From positions 124,001 to 188,000 of the forward strand of contig JAAOMT010000135.1 in the NCBI GenBank assembly GCA_016748015.1: DNA of 64,000 nt. Reading direction: 5' to 3'. The position numbers were made by a program, and so were the translations under genes. The notes under the pieces were generated by a model that ran no database searches, was not told the DNA's origin, and worked only from the letters and a program-made list of their open reading frames with translations. The stretch comes from Geosiphon pyriformis uo1 (Eukaryota > Fungi > Glomeromycota). Below are positions 1 to 12,789 of this stretch, in pieces; the first letter of the stretch is position 1, and each line of letters starts with the position of its first letter.

Positions 1-2375
1 TGTTAAAATTAGTCTGAGAAGCAATTACTTGCTCTTGTGATTTATTAAATAAAGAAATGATTAAAAAGCACAATGATACTTGTTATTAATTCTAAAAATT
101 GCCAAGTTGAGACATAGAATAATAGTAGTAGTTTTATCTTATTAACAATCATGGACTATTTCTCTATCTTCAGATTTTCAAAAAAAATTTGTGACTGTAA
201 TTTTTATGAGATTGATCACACATATTGAATTTTTACTTATTTAATTCACTTCTTAATTGTAATTTTTTCTTTGATTATTTCCATTATTCTACAATTCTAT
301 TCTTCTTTGCTATTAATTAGCTTGTTATTTCAACTTATAACATTAGTATAAACATAAGTATTGAAGTGTATAAGTTGTTGTCTTTAACAATATTGAAATT
401 GCAAACTATTATTTTGATGCTAAAATGTGTTTTCTCTTTTTGTTTGGTAATTTTGCATAGAGATAGCCAGACTATTATAAGTATATATACTTTAAAACTT
501 AAGCTTTATGTATTTGATTTTTGGAACAAATATTGAATAAAGAGACATTATGTGGCAAATTTAATTAAGTCAAAAGACATTTTAGTAAAATGAATAAAAA
601 TTAAAGACCATTCAGAAGATTTTAACAATAATTAAACAGATGTTTTTATATATAATACAATACAATTTTATTTGATTCTTTTTATTAGAATTAGTAAGAA
701 GTTTATTATAGCTAATAATTTGATTATATTAAACAATACTTGTAATTTTGTTCATAATATTTATAAAACTGTTTATTATCCTTAATAAAAAACAGATTTT
801 AACACAAAAATTATAAATAATTTATTTATTTAAAATATAAACTGGGCTTATACAGTTGTTGTTTGGTATCCAAATTTTCATATGTTTTTGGAATTTACCA
901 ATAAAACTTTAACTGCTTTTTATATGTATTTAATAAAAACAGTTTATAAAAAGTTATCAGTTGTAATTAAAAAAAGGCTTTATAATAAAAATTATTCAAA
1001 TATTTTGTGCTTATTATGTAATAATGTTAAATTGTCTAATCATGTTTTTATATATTTGAAAAATGTTTCTGTTTGCTTTAGAATTTTGCTTAATCATATT
1101 AAACTGTAAAAATCTTTGATAAAAGTTTGTTTTTTGTTATCATTATTAGTTTTATATACTCTTTTTTTGGAAGTTTTGAATGTTAGCATCTATGTAATCT
1201 TATGCAAAAACTTTATTTTTAAGAAATAAATGAATAAAATAGTATTATTTTATAGTGTCTTAATAATAACTGATTTTGTTTGCTGGTTAGTTAAAAAACA
1301 TCATAATAAATTGTAAATATTTAAGTTAAAATTCAAAGTAAATATGAAGAAAAGTGGTTTAATTGGTAATATAAGGATATTACTTGATGTTTTAAGTAGT
1401 CTGTCTAGTTTTTTATTAACTGAAATTATTTATTTGCTGTTGGTTTTAAAATATATAAGGTTTGTTTGTTTTTTGCAAGTATGGATAATAATATTAAGAT
1501 TTATGTAACTGTATAATATTGTTTTAATTGGTCTAAATAGCTAATTATATATAATAAATATGTAAATTATATTTAATTAAATTTATTTGGTTTGTTTTTG
1601 TGTACTAGATAATAATTAAGCTGTATTTGTAAATAATAATAATAATAATAAAAATAAAATAAAATCTAGATTATTTTTGTTGTATATTATAAAATATTTT
1701 TTTAATTGTTATAATAAGTATAAATAATAATTTATACAATAAAAACAAAGTAAATTTTGACAATTTTATAAAAAATATTACTTTTATATTATAAATTAAA
1801 ATAATAAATAAATAAATAAAACAAGATTGTATAATAATAAAATTAATTAAAAAATAATTCAATTTTAAAAAGTAGATTAAATTGGTAAGAATTTAATATA
1901 TAAAATTTATTTCATATATTTTTTAATTATTATTATTTTTAAAGATAACAAAAAAATCTAAAGATAAAAAAATAGTCTGTATTATTAACAAAAAATAATA
2001 TATTAATATAATTTATGTCTTATATTAATACTTTTAGAATTTAATATTAAGTATTAATTGTATTTTTTAATAAATATTAATTTAATAATCTTTAAAACTA
2101 ATAATATAAATCAAAAAAAATAAGATATATAAATATTAACAAGTAATTTTTTATTTATAAATACTTGAAAAATTTAAAAAAAAGAAATAAGTAATATAAA
2201 AAAATTGAATATTTAAAAGTAATTTTAATTTTTTACATGTTTTTTTACAGCTAAAAAACTTATTGTTTATATATAGCTATTTAATATAATTAATTATAAC
2301 AATTAAAAAAATTTAAATTACAATTATTGATTAATTATAAAATTATTTTTGTATAAAATATTAAGTATTTTAACA
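1..2375 (-). mobile_element. Heavily decayed Gypsy relic related to element B (gag/leader region, PBS remnant, LTR ~1786-2375), cut by the window edge
   Basis: 1720-1830 aligns with 47820-47940 (ttatacaataaaaacaaagtaaattttgacaa shared), with nearly every remaining C/G changed to T/A. 2130-2280 resembles the B LTR (ttttacatg...ctacagctaa...ttatatagctat). Confidence 0.75.
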
Positions 2376-2698
2376 TTTTGCTTTAAACATATGTATATAA
2401 CAAAAACAATTAATATAATATTAATTATTTAAATTTATAAAACAAAAACAATAAATCCAAGCAAATAATTTAATTTACACAATTTTTATTAATTTTAAAA
2501 TTTGTACACTTTTTTCAGTATTTTACTTTCAAAAATGTAAACCTCTGAAATATAAAAAAAAAGATTATGCAAAAAACAGAAAAATGCTTAACATCTCCGG
2601 GCATTTCTTGATGGAGCCTTGATTCTCTCCGGGAAATAGTAGTCGTACTTAGCAATGCCTAGTATTGCCATCCGTAACCTGAAGCCTTCATTTGTAAA

Positions 2699-4192
2699 AT
2701 GCCTTGCCTACCTTATAAGAAGTTTCCAAAGAAAAAGTTTCTCTTTCCGATAATCCTTTTGATTGCGCTTTTTCTTTTCTTCCTCTTAACCTATTCATAT
2801 GAACCGGTCACTGGTTATGTGGACACAATTTTTGATGATATAGGCTCACAAGCAACAAATTCTTCAGACCTCTTTAACGATTTATCTATCTACTCTGGGC
2901 CAAATGTGAATTATACAAGTATTCAAGACCCGGACGTAACTGCTGATGAAGAAAATTTTTTAACTTATCTACCCCACGGCGGCATTCACTTCCAACGGGT
3001 ATCACTTGAGAATGCGATATTTTTAGCAAATGTTACAAATAGAACCCTGGTTATACCGCCTGTCATTTTCGGGGCTCGTATTCCTTACCAAACTTTTTCT
3101 AAGCTTGCTCACCAACTAACTCAAATAGGCAAGGAGGTACTACCAAATTGCACTTTAGTAGTTGGACTTGAAAGAAAAGAAATATGCCAAAAGAAATATG
3201 ATAGCGTTTTCCGCACTTTATTTCCCTGGGATCAATTGATGGATCTGAGCTTTGTTCGTCGACAAATACGTATTGTTAACCGACCCGATTTCAATCAACC
3301 GAATTTGTTCAAAATTGTGAATGTGACAGACACCAAACAGGTGTATATTCAATCTGATAAACAGCTATATGATTTTGTTATTATTGACAACTCCACTACC
3401 AAAGAATCCTCACCAAAATTTCAAAGCAAACTTTTACTTTCTGATCTTCAATTACGCCGTGAGAAATTGCTGCATTTTGGTAGTATTTCCAGCTCAGCCA
3501 GAATTGTCGCTGAACTACCGGAAAATAAAAAGTTATTTGATCAAGTGCGGAAGAATATGATTATTGGAAATTCGGTTTTAGTTGGTGTAGTTGATAATAT
3601 CGTTGAACAATTGGGGGGTTTGGGTAGCTTTGTGGGTCTACACATCCGAAAAGATAATGCTTTCAAAAATATCACCGCTGCTATCAACGATGTGACCCGA
3701 CAATTAATTCAAGAATACACACCAAACTCCAAATTCAATGTCGACATCAACAAAGACACTGGGAATAAAACAAACACTGAAGATGTTTATGATAATTTAG
3801 ATGACGCCGAGGAAAATAACTCTTTGAATGAAGACAGTGCAAAACGTGACTTAAAAGCGTCTGAACTAGTTGAAAAGTGTCAAGAACGCTCAACAGGTTC
3901 CAAAACCGAATATCCTTTAATATATATAGCTACCGATGCTGCACATCCCAAGGAAGCTTTCGCCGAAATTTTCTCAACTTTTCCATGTGTTTATGTTCTC
4001 GACGATTTTTCACATTATTTAGAATCAGTGAAATCTATGCGAAACCCCACTGACAATGCCCCCTTAGGATCTTATTTGCTACCCTTGGTTGATTTGATGG
4101 TAAGCGCCAGTGGTGATAAATTTATTGATACGGAACGCAGTATTTTCTCTATTTATGCGGCAAGATTACACGAGATTCGCGTTGGGAGTTAA
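2699..4192 (+). CDS. O-fucosyltransferase-family (POFUT-like) type II membrane glycosyltransferase, single exon, 497 aa
   Basis: N-terminal basic stretch plus one TM segment. Family motifs LTYLPHGG..QR..LENAIFLA...NRTLVIPP, FVGLHIR.D, IYIATD and VDLMVSASGDKFIDTERSIFS. Confidence 0.85.
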   Translation: MPCLPYKKFPKKKFLFPIILLIALFLFFLLTYSYEPVTGYVDTIFDDIGSQATNSSDLFNDLSIYSGPNVNYTSIQDPDVTADEENFLTYLPHGGIHFQRVSLENAIFLANVTNRTLVIPPVIFGARIPYQTFSKLAHQLTQIGKEVLPNCTLVVGLERKEICQKKYDSVFRTLFPWDQLMDLSFVRRQIRIVNRPDFNQPNLFKIVNVTDTKQVYIQSDKQLYDFVIIDNSTTKESSPKFQSKLLLSDLQLRREKLLHFGSISSSARIVAELPENKKLFDQVRKNMIIGNSVLVGVVDNIVEQLGGLGSFVGLHIRKDNAFKNITAAINDVTRQLIQEYTPNSKFNVDINKDTGNKTNTEDVYDNLDDAEENNSLNEDSAKRDLKASELVEKCQERSTGSKTEYPLIYIATDAAHPKEAFAEIFSTFPCVYVLDDFSHYLESVKSMRNPTDNAPLGSYLLPLVDLMVSASGDKFIDTERSIFSIYAARLHEIRVGS

Positions 4193-4353
4193 TGATTATA
4201 ATCATAGAATATTCTGTTTTAATAGATTTTTTTTAAAAACGTTCAAATTAAATTTGACACTTGTAAAATATCCAGTTATTCAAAGTTTGATTAAAATTTA
4301 TAAGACAATTTATTGGGAATTCCTAATACCAATGTCTTAGAAAAGTAATATTT

Positions 4354-7300
4354 TCAATGTTTCTTTTTGCCTTTCTTTGTGGTCACAACCTTGAAAGCGT
4401 TCGTGCTAGTGCTAGTGCTCTCTTCTTTTACTCCCCCAACAGTCCCAATTCCTCCTATATCTTTCATCAGTTTTCCTTCTCCGTGAAGACTCGAATAACT
4501 ACTCATAGGAATACCAGCAGCATCGGCTTTTCGTCTTTTGACAAATTCGTCAGCAAATCGACGACCATCCAGATTGGTCGAGTAACTGTATATAGATTCT
4601 TGAATAATCTCGATGGTATTTGGTGGAGGGTCAAGAGGGAATGTAAGAAGCATTTGAATAAATTCGTCAACTGCATAAATTAAATTAAATTTAGTAAGAA
4701 AGCTTGTCTTATACAAATAAACATAGGAAATTGATATACCATTTATATTATTTAATGGACGCAATGTAGTGCGACACCATTTCAAAAATTCCTCAGAAGG
4801 AGCGCGGGGTGCAATTTGATCCAAACCAGAAGTTGGGTTATTACCGTTAATGGCAATGCTGGCAAAGTTGCTTCCGATAGCAGATTTTACAGTTCTAGAC
4901 AATTCAAATGCTTTGCTAGATGAGATTTCGCTTCTAAATGAATAACTTGAACTAAGAAAAATTAAAATTTATCAGGAACTAATATCCATTTGGATTTGAT
5001 CTTGACTGACCTTTGTGATCCTGGTAAGCCATTGAATGCCTTGTGAGATTCAAGATCCCAAATAAGCCCTGTTTCTTTAGATGGAGCCCCGACTTTGATT
5101 GTGCTGTTAGTACCAGAATTTATAGTTGAGGAGAGGTTTTGGGATGCCAAGGCATTAGAAACAGTACGGGAATTTGCTGGTTTATTAGCAGCTACGACAG
5201 TCCAAGCAGATCCAGTTGCTGGGGCTGCTGGCTTCTATATTCAGTGTGGAAGTATTCTCATTAAAGAATTGTTGCGTTGAAATAAATAAAAGACCCGAGT
5301 TACCAACCTTTACACTGCCTATGACAGTACCAGCGACAACTGTATCAGCATATCGTTTCCCTAACCCACTTGAATTGTTATTATTTACCGCAGCAGCGTT
5401 GAGCAATGCTTGTTGCTGAATTTCCCGCAACTTGTTACGTTTTTTAGTAGCCTCCTCTTCCTCCTTCTGGATCTCACGCAATGTTTTTTTTGGTGCAACA
5501 TTATTTGAGTGCCAAGCTGGCGCGGTCACTACGGGGGAAGTTGAAAGAGAAGAAGAATTGGAAGCAGTTGTTGTTGACGAATTTGGTACTATTATACCCC
5601 ATGAGGCATTTATCGAAGAAACATCCTCTTTGTTCGAAAGTACAGGGGCTTGTGCAGCAATGTTTATAGCATTCAACCGCTCGGCAGCCTTGCGTTCAGC
5701 AGTTTTACGTGTCTCCATCTCTTGAATTTCACGAAGGGAGGGCGTTTTATGGGGCAAATGATCATCATCTTTGGCCCACGGAGCTGATGACAAAGTATTG
5801 GCAGAAGTGCCACCCCAAGCCGGATTAGCTGATTTTTGTGATTGGCCTGGCTTAGAAACTATGGTAGAAGAGTTAATAATAATTCCAGTCGCAGCTTTTT
5901 CTTTTTCTTCCAGTAGCTTTTTCCGTTCTTCATCGGCTTGAATTTCTCGCAGAGAAGGTCGTGATTTTAAAGTTTCCTCTTTTTTAGGAATAGATGGTTG
6001 TGGGCTACTAATTGATTCAACGTTAGCTTTGGTCGTAGTTAGTTCTCGCTTTTCTTCTTGAATAACTTGATCAATTTGTCTGGTTGGAGTAACTTCCTCA
6101 TCTTCAAGAACAACCTTGGCTATCGATTCAGCGGTCGTGTTCACTTTGGCATCCAAAGCAGCATCAGGATTTTGAGTAGCACTAATTTCATATGATCTTT
6201 GTTCATTAGGCTGAGGAATCGAGGTTTCGAACTGAAGAGGTTGGGGCAGTCCGATGTTGATTTCTTTTCTGAGGCCAAAGTAACCGGTCTCTTCATGTGA
6301 GGGAACTCGCGAGGAATTAGGACCAACACTAGGGGCCACAATCGATCCCCATGGAGAAGGGGAGGGAGGTGGTGGTGGTTGTTCATTTGTAGTTGACCAT
6401 GCGGTAGCTCTGGCAATCACATCACTGTAAGGAGTATTGGGGGCATTGGGTATTATGGGGGCTGATATCGGAGCTGAAGTTTGAGCAAAACCTTGATGTG
6501 GACGAAATATTGCATCAGAGAAAACATGCTGATTTTGCTGCTGCTGCTGTTGTTGTCTCTGCTGTTGCATCAAAGCATAATATTGCTGTTGACGTTCAAT
6601 TTGAGAGGTTAAAACTCGTTGATGCTCTAAAAAATTATGGGTTTGTGTGACTCCAAAAGTAGATGTGCTACTGGTAAATAAAGGCGAACTAGGGGTTTGT
6701 AGCCGAGGAGATAGATTTCCCGTGGCCGCTGGAAAATTTTCTGAAGGAGTCCATCCATTGTTCACGGTTCCCAAGTCGTTCCATCCATTGCTAACCTCAT
6801 TCCTGTTGCCAAATACACTACCAAATTGGTAACGATCAAAAGGAGTGCTGGGCACGGAAGTTGTTCCCCCGAATGGATTAAACCTTTGTTGATGCTCTAA
6901 AAATAATTGAGCAGTACTAGGGGAGCTGGGGGCTCCCCAACCTCTTTGGAAAGGATCATTCACGAGCCGGCCCTGACCATTTGGCATCGCAATTGTCAAA
7001 GGGGGCCGTGAATTAAGAATTGTGGCAGAAAATGGCCGATCAGCATCTCCAGTTTTACGGATCAATGCCGCTAATGGTTCAAATGCCGGATCTTCCACTC
7101 TTTTCACCATTAAACTACCAACAAAGAATCCCCCCTTAAACCAATCATTCATTTCCTGACTGGTGAATGGCCCTAAAATATATAAGGTGTGAATCAATTG
7201 CAACTTAATTGGAATCTTTCAACAGTGATAAGGACGATATATTTCTAAACAAGGACCAAAAAAAATTGAACATCTTGTGTCACTATAGTATCTACCTTGT

Positions 7301-9772
7301 ATGTTACCAGTAGGATCACGATACAGCCATTTGAATTGTTCGGTGGTTTTTCTTGTTTCAATGTTTATTCCTGAATTCGCAAACAAACTATTGCCAACAC
7401 TTGAATTTTCACCAAATGCACTGTTCATAGTAGAGTACTTAGAAGTCACTAGTCCGGGTGACAATGGTGGCGTAGTTCCTGCAATATTTGGATATGCAAA
7501 AGCTGCCTTTAATACATCATCGTCTTGATCAGAATCAAAATTATTTGAAGATATAGGGGATCTTTGTGGAGGTAACAACTGTTGTTGAAGCAAGTGCTGT
7601 TTCTGTTGCTGTTGCTGTTGCTGTTGTTGGTGATGGAGGAACTGTTGCTGTTCTTGTAGTATCTGTTGTTGTTTTTGTTCCTGTATAAGATGTTGTTTTT
7701 GCTGCTGTTGCCCCTGGATAAGCTTTCGTTGTTGTAAAAATTGGTGGTGCTGCTGCTCCTCTTGCTGTTGTTGAATTAGCAGTATTTGTTGGTGCTGATG
7801 TTGATTTTGTGTTTGAACCTTCAATTGGGCTTGAGTAATCGACGTTTTCAGTTCCTCTTTTGGGGGTGAACTTGGCTTGTGTTCGTATATATGTTGCTTA
7901 GGTTCTTCCCAGAGCTGTCTGAGTTGTCCATTCTGGGATTGAGGAGGTTGAATACTTAGTGACGATGAATGTTCACTTTCAGCATGTTTTTCATCCTTTT
8001 TCTGTTCTACTTCTTGTAGCTCCTGTTCCTTTTCTTGTTCCTGGAGCTGATATTCTGAAGATAATCGTGAATCTTCAGATTGAGTTTCAAAATCATTTAC
8101 AGCTTCCATTATAGTATCATTTTGCAACTCTGATGGCTCTTTCTGCTGCGACACATCCTCGTCTGGTTCAGACTTTTCATCTGCACGCGTTTGAGGAAGA
8201 TCATTGAAATGTTTCTTTTCTTCATTCTACATGTATATTCAATTAGGATATATCAGCTGATAAAAACCATAAAAAGTAATTTAGTGTTCGCTTTCTATTT
8301 TCATTGTTCACCTCTTCATTTTGTTGATTACGATCATTCTGAGTTTTCTTTTTATCAACAAACTCTTCATCTGTGCCACTAATTCCTGGAATCCTAAATA
8401 CCCCATGGCTGTCAAAAGTACCGACAGCATGGCGATTGTTTCCATTCCATATTAGTTCATCTCCAGGAGAATTAGGTTGAAGAGACAAACTTAAAGTTCG
8501 TAGTGGACGGACACTTCGGGAAGCATTAATCTCTAAATTTATGACAGGAAAATGAAGCGGACAAATTTAAAGAAATAATTGGAAATATCAAAAAATATTC
8601 ACCTCGATCATCTTCCTTTTCGCTATCACGTCTTGTTAATGAAAAACCTCCTTCTCGGCCTAAAAATGATATTTTAATTTTAGTTTTTCAAGGTTTATGG
8701 GTTTAAGAAAATTGGAAATTTCTAGACGATGCTTTACTTTTTTGCGTTCGTGTACTTAGTACTCCACCAATAAAAGTTGTACCAAACCGTTCGGTTCTTG
8801 GTGAGGTTAATCCTGTACTGGGTGGTTTTTCTCGTGGGGAAAATGGCGGTTTATCTACAATGCGTTCCACTCCTGTAGTGGTAGCCACCGAAACATTCGA
8901 GACAATACGACGAGTAAGTTCGCTATTGACCGAGGCACCAGAAAGAAGCTAAACATATTTTTAAAAAATTTCCAAAAATAATCTCAATACTTTTGGTCTT
9001 TAAGTCAAGGTCGTAAAAAATTTCTTAACACTATAGCAATATAAAAAAAATCGAGCGTTGATCGGACCCATCGGTTCAAGGTATAAAATCCAAATTTGAA
9101 AAATATTAAATTCATATTCATATAATTTTCATGTTTTACCAAATACCTTGTGCTCCTGCTCTGTATATGCTATCATAGCCATGGGTTGTAGTGGTTCGTC
9201 ACTGGTTACATATTCGTGTCGTTCAAACTCCAATGGTAATCCTACGGGCTTATACAACTTCAACATAAATTCCTTAGAGTATTTAAATGGACTAAGGGCG
9301 GATTCCGCACCACCAGGTACATCAGACTTTTCAGAAGGTTCATGGTGTAGACCACGATTAGAAACTATACTATTACTATTAGCGGCGGCCACCGAGGACC
9401 AAGAAAATGTGTTTGTAGTTGTTCCATTGCCGTTAGCGCTGTTAATGTTACCGGTATTATTATTAGTTGTACCTGTCGTGCTCGTGGTCGCCGTGACATT
9501 CGCAGTGTTGGATGAGCCACCTAAAGGGGGAGAGGTAGCGCGAGTAGACTCGGCTGTGGGAGTCTTTGGAAAACATCTCATCCTTTTTTGCGTATCATTT
9601 GTTTAATCGAAAACATTAAGACGAAAATGTGAGAGAAATGGAAGAGGGATACGGTTGTTGCTAATTGTCGTGAAAGTCACTACTCCCACACCCCAAAAAG
9701 GAAAGCTTGCCGGTTTGTGTAAAAAATTGCATACCACTCGGGTCCAAAGTTCATAGTGTTGCTCGCTGCCAT
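4354..9772 (-). CDS. GIGYF/Smy2-type GYF-domain translational repressor adaptor, multi-exon
   Basis: ATG at 9772 gives MAASNTMNFGPEW|MR. GT-AG introns traced in frame at 9734-9583, 9146-8949, 8737-8660 and 7295-7173. The GYF domain (KWLYRDPTGNIQ|GPFTSQEMNDWFKGGFF) spans the last of these. Also FKYSKEFMLKLY, GTFDSHGVF, repeated (P)SLREIQ motifs, a Q-rich tract and C-terminal EFLKWC...F..EFVKRRK. Not every intron was traced. Confidence 0.92.
7560..7820 (-). repeat. CAG/CAA-rich poly-glutamine coding tract in the GYF gene
   Basis: Runs of tgttgctgt on + translate to QQQQ...HQQ in ORF 7219..8154. Confidence 0.85.
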
Positions 9773-10288
9773 ATTAATTTAACCGAAAAGCTAAAGTTGA
9801 GTGGTGAAGGATTGGTATCGCTGTGAAATGCTACAAGTTTCGAACGGTGTTTATCTGATTGACAAAGAAATTGCTCCAAGTCTGTCGTTAACGAGAAAAA
9901 AAACTGATTATACATGGCTTTTTATGTTGTATGAAAATCAAAATCAGTTCGAAACTGTCTGACGATCAAATGAGTAGGCTGGATTTGGTCACTCCTAATA
10001 TGTAGACTAATAGCATCATTTGTATAATTTCTACCCCTGTATTCCTCAACTCTCGCACTCTCCCTTTTAATAGTTTTCGAAGACTTTTAACCAGAAAATG
10101 TCTTTTCCTTATGAAAATTCGCTTTACGATCACTATGATCATCCTACTGCTTTATCTTTACCTCCAATTTCTCCTCGAGCTTTTGGAGAAAATTTGCTCT
10201 TGCAACCATACCCTTTATCTTTTAAACATGAACGACATTTGGAAGGTATTTACTTTCTTTCCTTCCCTTTTGTATAATACTCTTGAAC

Positions 10289-10946
10289 ATGTCTTCCCTT
10301 GTCATAGTCTTTGAACCCTCCGAGAAGCCAAAAATAATGCGCTTTCGAGAGAAGCCCTTGGATCAAGACCAAGACGAAACATTTTTTCAGGTATCTTTGC
10401 ATCTATTTTTTTCTAATTTTCGCCTAAAAAATACGATCATATAACATCTTTTTGGTCAGTCAATATCAGATTCTCCACCCATTATTATAAGGTCTCCCGG
10501 GGTGCTTTACAAAGAATCTATTTTAGCCCAAACAACTCCCAAAAAGAAAATCTCTTCCAGACCCCCCCAAAAAACCCCCACATTACCTATAAACAATCCC
10601 TCCCAACCTGATGAACATTTTCCATCTTTCTTACGGACACCCCTAGCATCTTATTCTCAAAAGACTTCATTTATTGATAGCTTTGCCCTGAAACGTCCTT
10701 CACAGCTCCCACTTTCTCAATTCGATGAACAAATAAAGCTAAAGTAAGAGCTCAGACGTTTTTGACAACGAATCACAAAATGATCCATTATTCATAAATT
10801 AAAACTATTATTTTATGCACAGGGAATCACCTTCCATCGTAACAAATTTTGACCCAGATAAAGATCGGGAATTTTACGATCAAGCAGTTGATATCTACAA
10901 GAGTTTTTGCAGATATGAAGATAATGACAACACAAATAAGAGTTAA
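10289..10946 (+). CDS. Hypothetical 169-aa Pro/Ser/Lys-rich protein, 3 exons (10289-10390, 10460-10743, 10823-10946)
   Basis: Manual splice model: donors gtatct and gtaaga, acceptors cag and cag. Exon lengths 102+284+124=510 keep one open frame from MSSLVIVFEP to ...DQAVDIYKSFCRYEDNDNTNKS*. No family recognised. Confidence 0.65.
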
Positions 10947-11596
10947 TTATCAGAAAATGCTATGTTTAATAGCCTAAAAAAAAGGAGATATCATTAATTC
11001 AGAATAAGCAGCACTCGCTGAAATTTAAATTTAGTCTCCCTTAACTGAGAATTAATATCGAGAATAAAAAATAACAGGGTTAAAGTCTGGGAAGTTAATG
11101 AAAATAGGCCAAGTCTTCTTCCTAAACCAAACTAGCAAACACATTTAGAATCTATTTCACTTTCTCTTCAATGAATTCAAGGAGGATCAGATATTAATAT
11201 GCGAAAGAAATGCTAGCTTGGGTCATTTCATTCCAGATTTTTTGTTAACAACGTTGCTATATCATCAAAAAGTTCCAAAAATTGTTGGAAGCTCTTTAAA
11301 TCACCTTCGTTACGATGGACATTAATTATTCCCACAAGAATAAGTGCCACCAGGGACCTTTTCAAGTAAAATTAAAAACATTTGGTTAATCCCTTTTAAA
11401 GTTATCACATCAATAAATGAACCACAAACACAACCAACCAATAAAAAGAAAATCCGGCAAAAGGGGGCCCAACCAGGGCTGCAATCCCCAGAAGAGGGTG
11501 TCCATTCTGCCCAAATCGACCTTTGTCAATTTTGGACATGATTGGATGTTTGGCGAGATTATCGATTTGGTTTTGAATATCCTTACTTTCTGCGAT

Positions 11597-12686
11597 CTAA
11601 AATGAGATACAAGTCAACAAACTTAAATGGGAATCAGCTCCAGTGACTTGAGCGCGCTTTGAAATGGAGACCTTGTTCAAAATGGATTTAAATGCTTCCT
11701 CTCCTTGATCCTCTAGGTGTCGGATAAGCTGTTGCAAATATTTAATTATTTGTAATTGTAAATCCTTTACTCGTATCAGGACCCGGACGTTTTCCTCTAA
11801 GGTCCAAGAACCATAAGAGCTGTTTAAACCGATAATAGAAACACCAAACATTCTCCATTCAGTTTGCGGAGACATACTATTTTTCACTCATTTTTTTGCA
11901 ATCTCACCCAACCCCCACGCTTAACTCTTACACAGCCATCATTAAAGGAGACACGATATTAGTCACGGCAAGTATAAGCAAACGATGAGAATGCGAAATT
12001 TCAGACATTTGGTAGTTTGTGATTAAGGATTCTTTGTCGATCAAAATCCAATGTGGTGTATCCAATATCTGAATAATATCGTCTTCTGGGAGATATTTCT
12101 GGGTTAAATCATCATCATGACAATCGTTGAAATTTGTACCAAACAAGTTATCATCAGGTTCTAAAAGAATACTCGACTCAATTGCAGTAATCTCTCTTTC
12201 ATAGGCATTAATAATTGGGCCAACTTCATCTTTACCCTCCTCAGCACTTTTATTTGATACTATCCAACCAAATTGAACAGCAAATTTTAAAAAAGTGTCA
12301 CCAATTTCCGATATCCTTTCTTTATTTGCCATTATTTCACGAAATAGCACGTGAATTAGTTGTAATTTCCGGTAATTTTCGAATTCTTCTTGGGTTTCAA
12401 ATTCGTGCATTTGCTTTCCATAATCCCCGCCACGACGAAGTTGAATGTCATAGCGGGATCGACTTTCGACATTGTTGAGAGTACTATAAGCCTCGTTGAT
12501 GAGAATAAATCGGTCATTTATACTGAGGTTGTTCTGTTTAACAGCTATTTCCAAGTTAGTGGCAAAGCTTCTATGTTTGTCAGGATGGTATTTGAGAGCT
12601 AATTTACGGTAGGCCTTTTTAATTTCTTCTAAAGAAGCGTTGGGAGATACTTCTAGAGTTTCATAATAATTGTGTTGGGGCTCCAT
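11597..12686 (-). CDS. J-domain (DnaJ class C) protein, probably 2 exons
   Basis: NYYETLEV...LEEIKKAYRKLALKYHPDK...F..INEAYSTL.....R..YD. A 55-bp GTAAGA..TAG intron (11931-11877) joins ORF 11928..12692 in frame to ORF 11597..11887. First ATG is at 12686. Confidence 0.88.
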
Positions 12687-12789
12687 GTTCAAAGCAACAA
12701 TAGTGGATCAAGGGTTTCCAGAAGGTTACACTTATAAAGACCATATGCAATGATCTGCGTGCGATGATCAAGCATCTGGAATAATATAG

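Noticed and set aside
882-1862. Short Ile/Lys/Phe-rich ORFs (also 63632..63835)
   Set aside because: Chance ORFs in AT-eroded transposon DNA.
4357-9606. Plus-strand ORFs overlapping the GYF gene
   Set aside because: Antisense shadows of real minus-strand exons, with no independent motifs.
11344-11605. Additional small gene between the orphan gene and the J-domain gene
   Set aside because: Short ORFs with no recognisable motif and no consistent splice model. Could be UTR or further exons of the J-domain gene.
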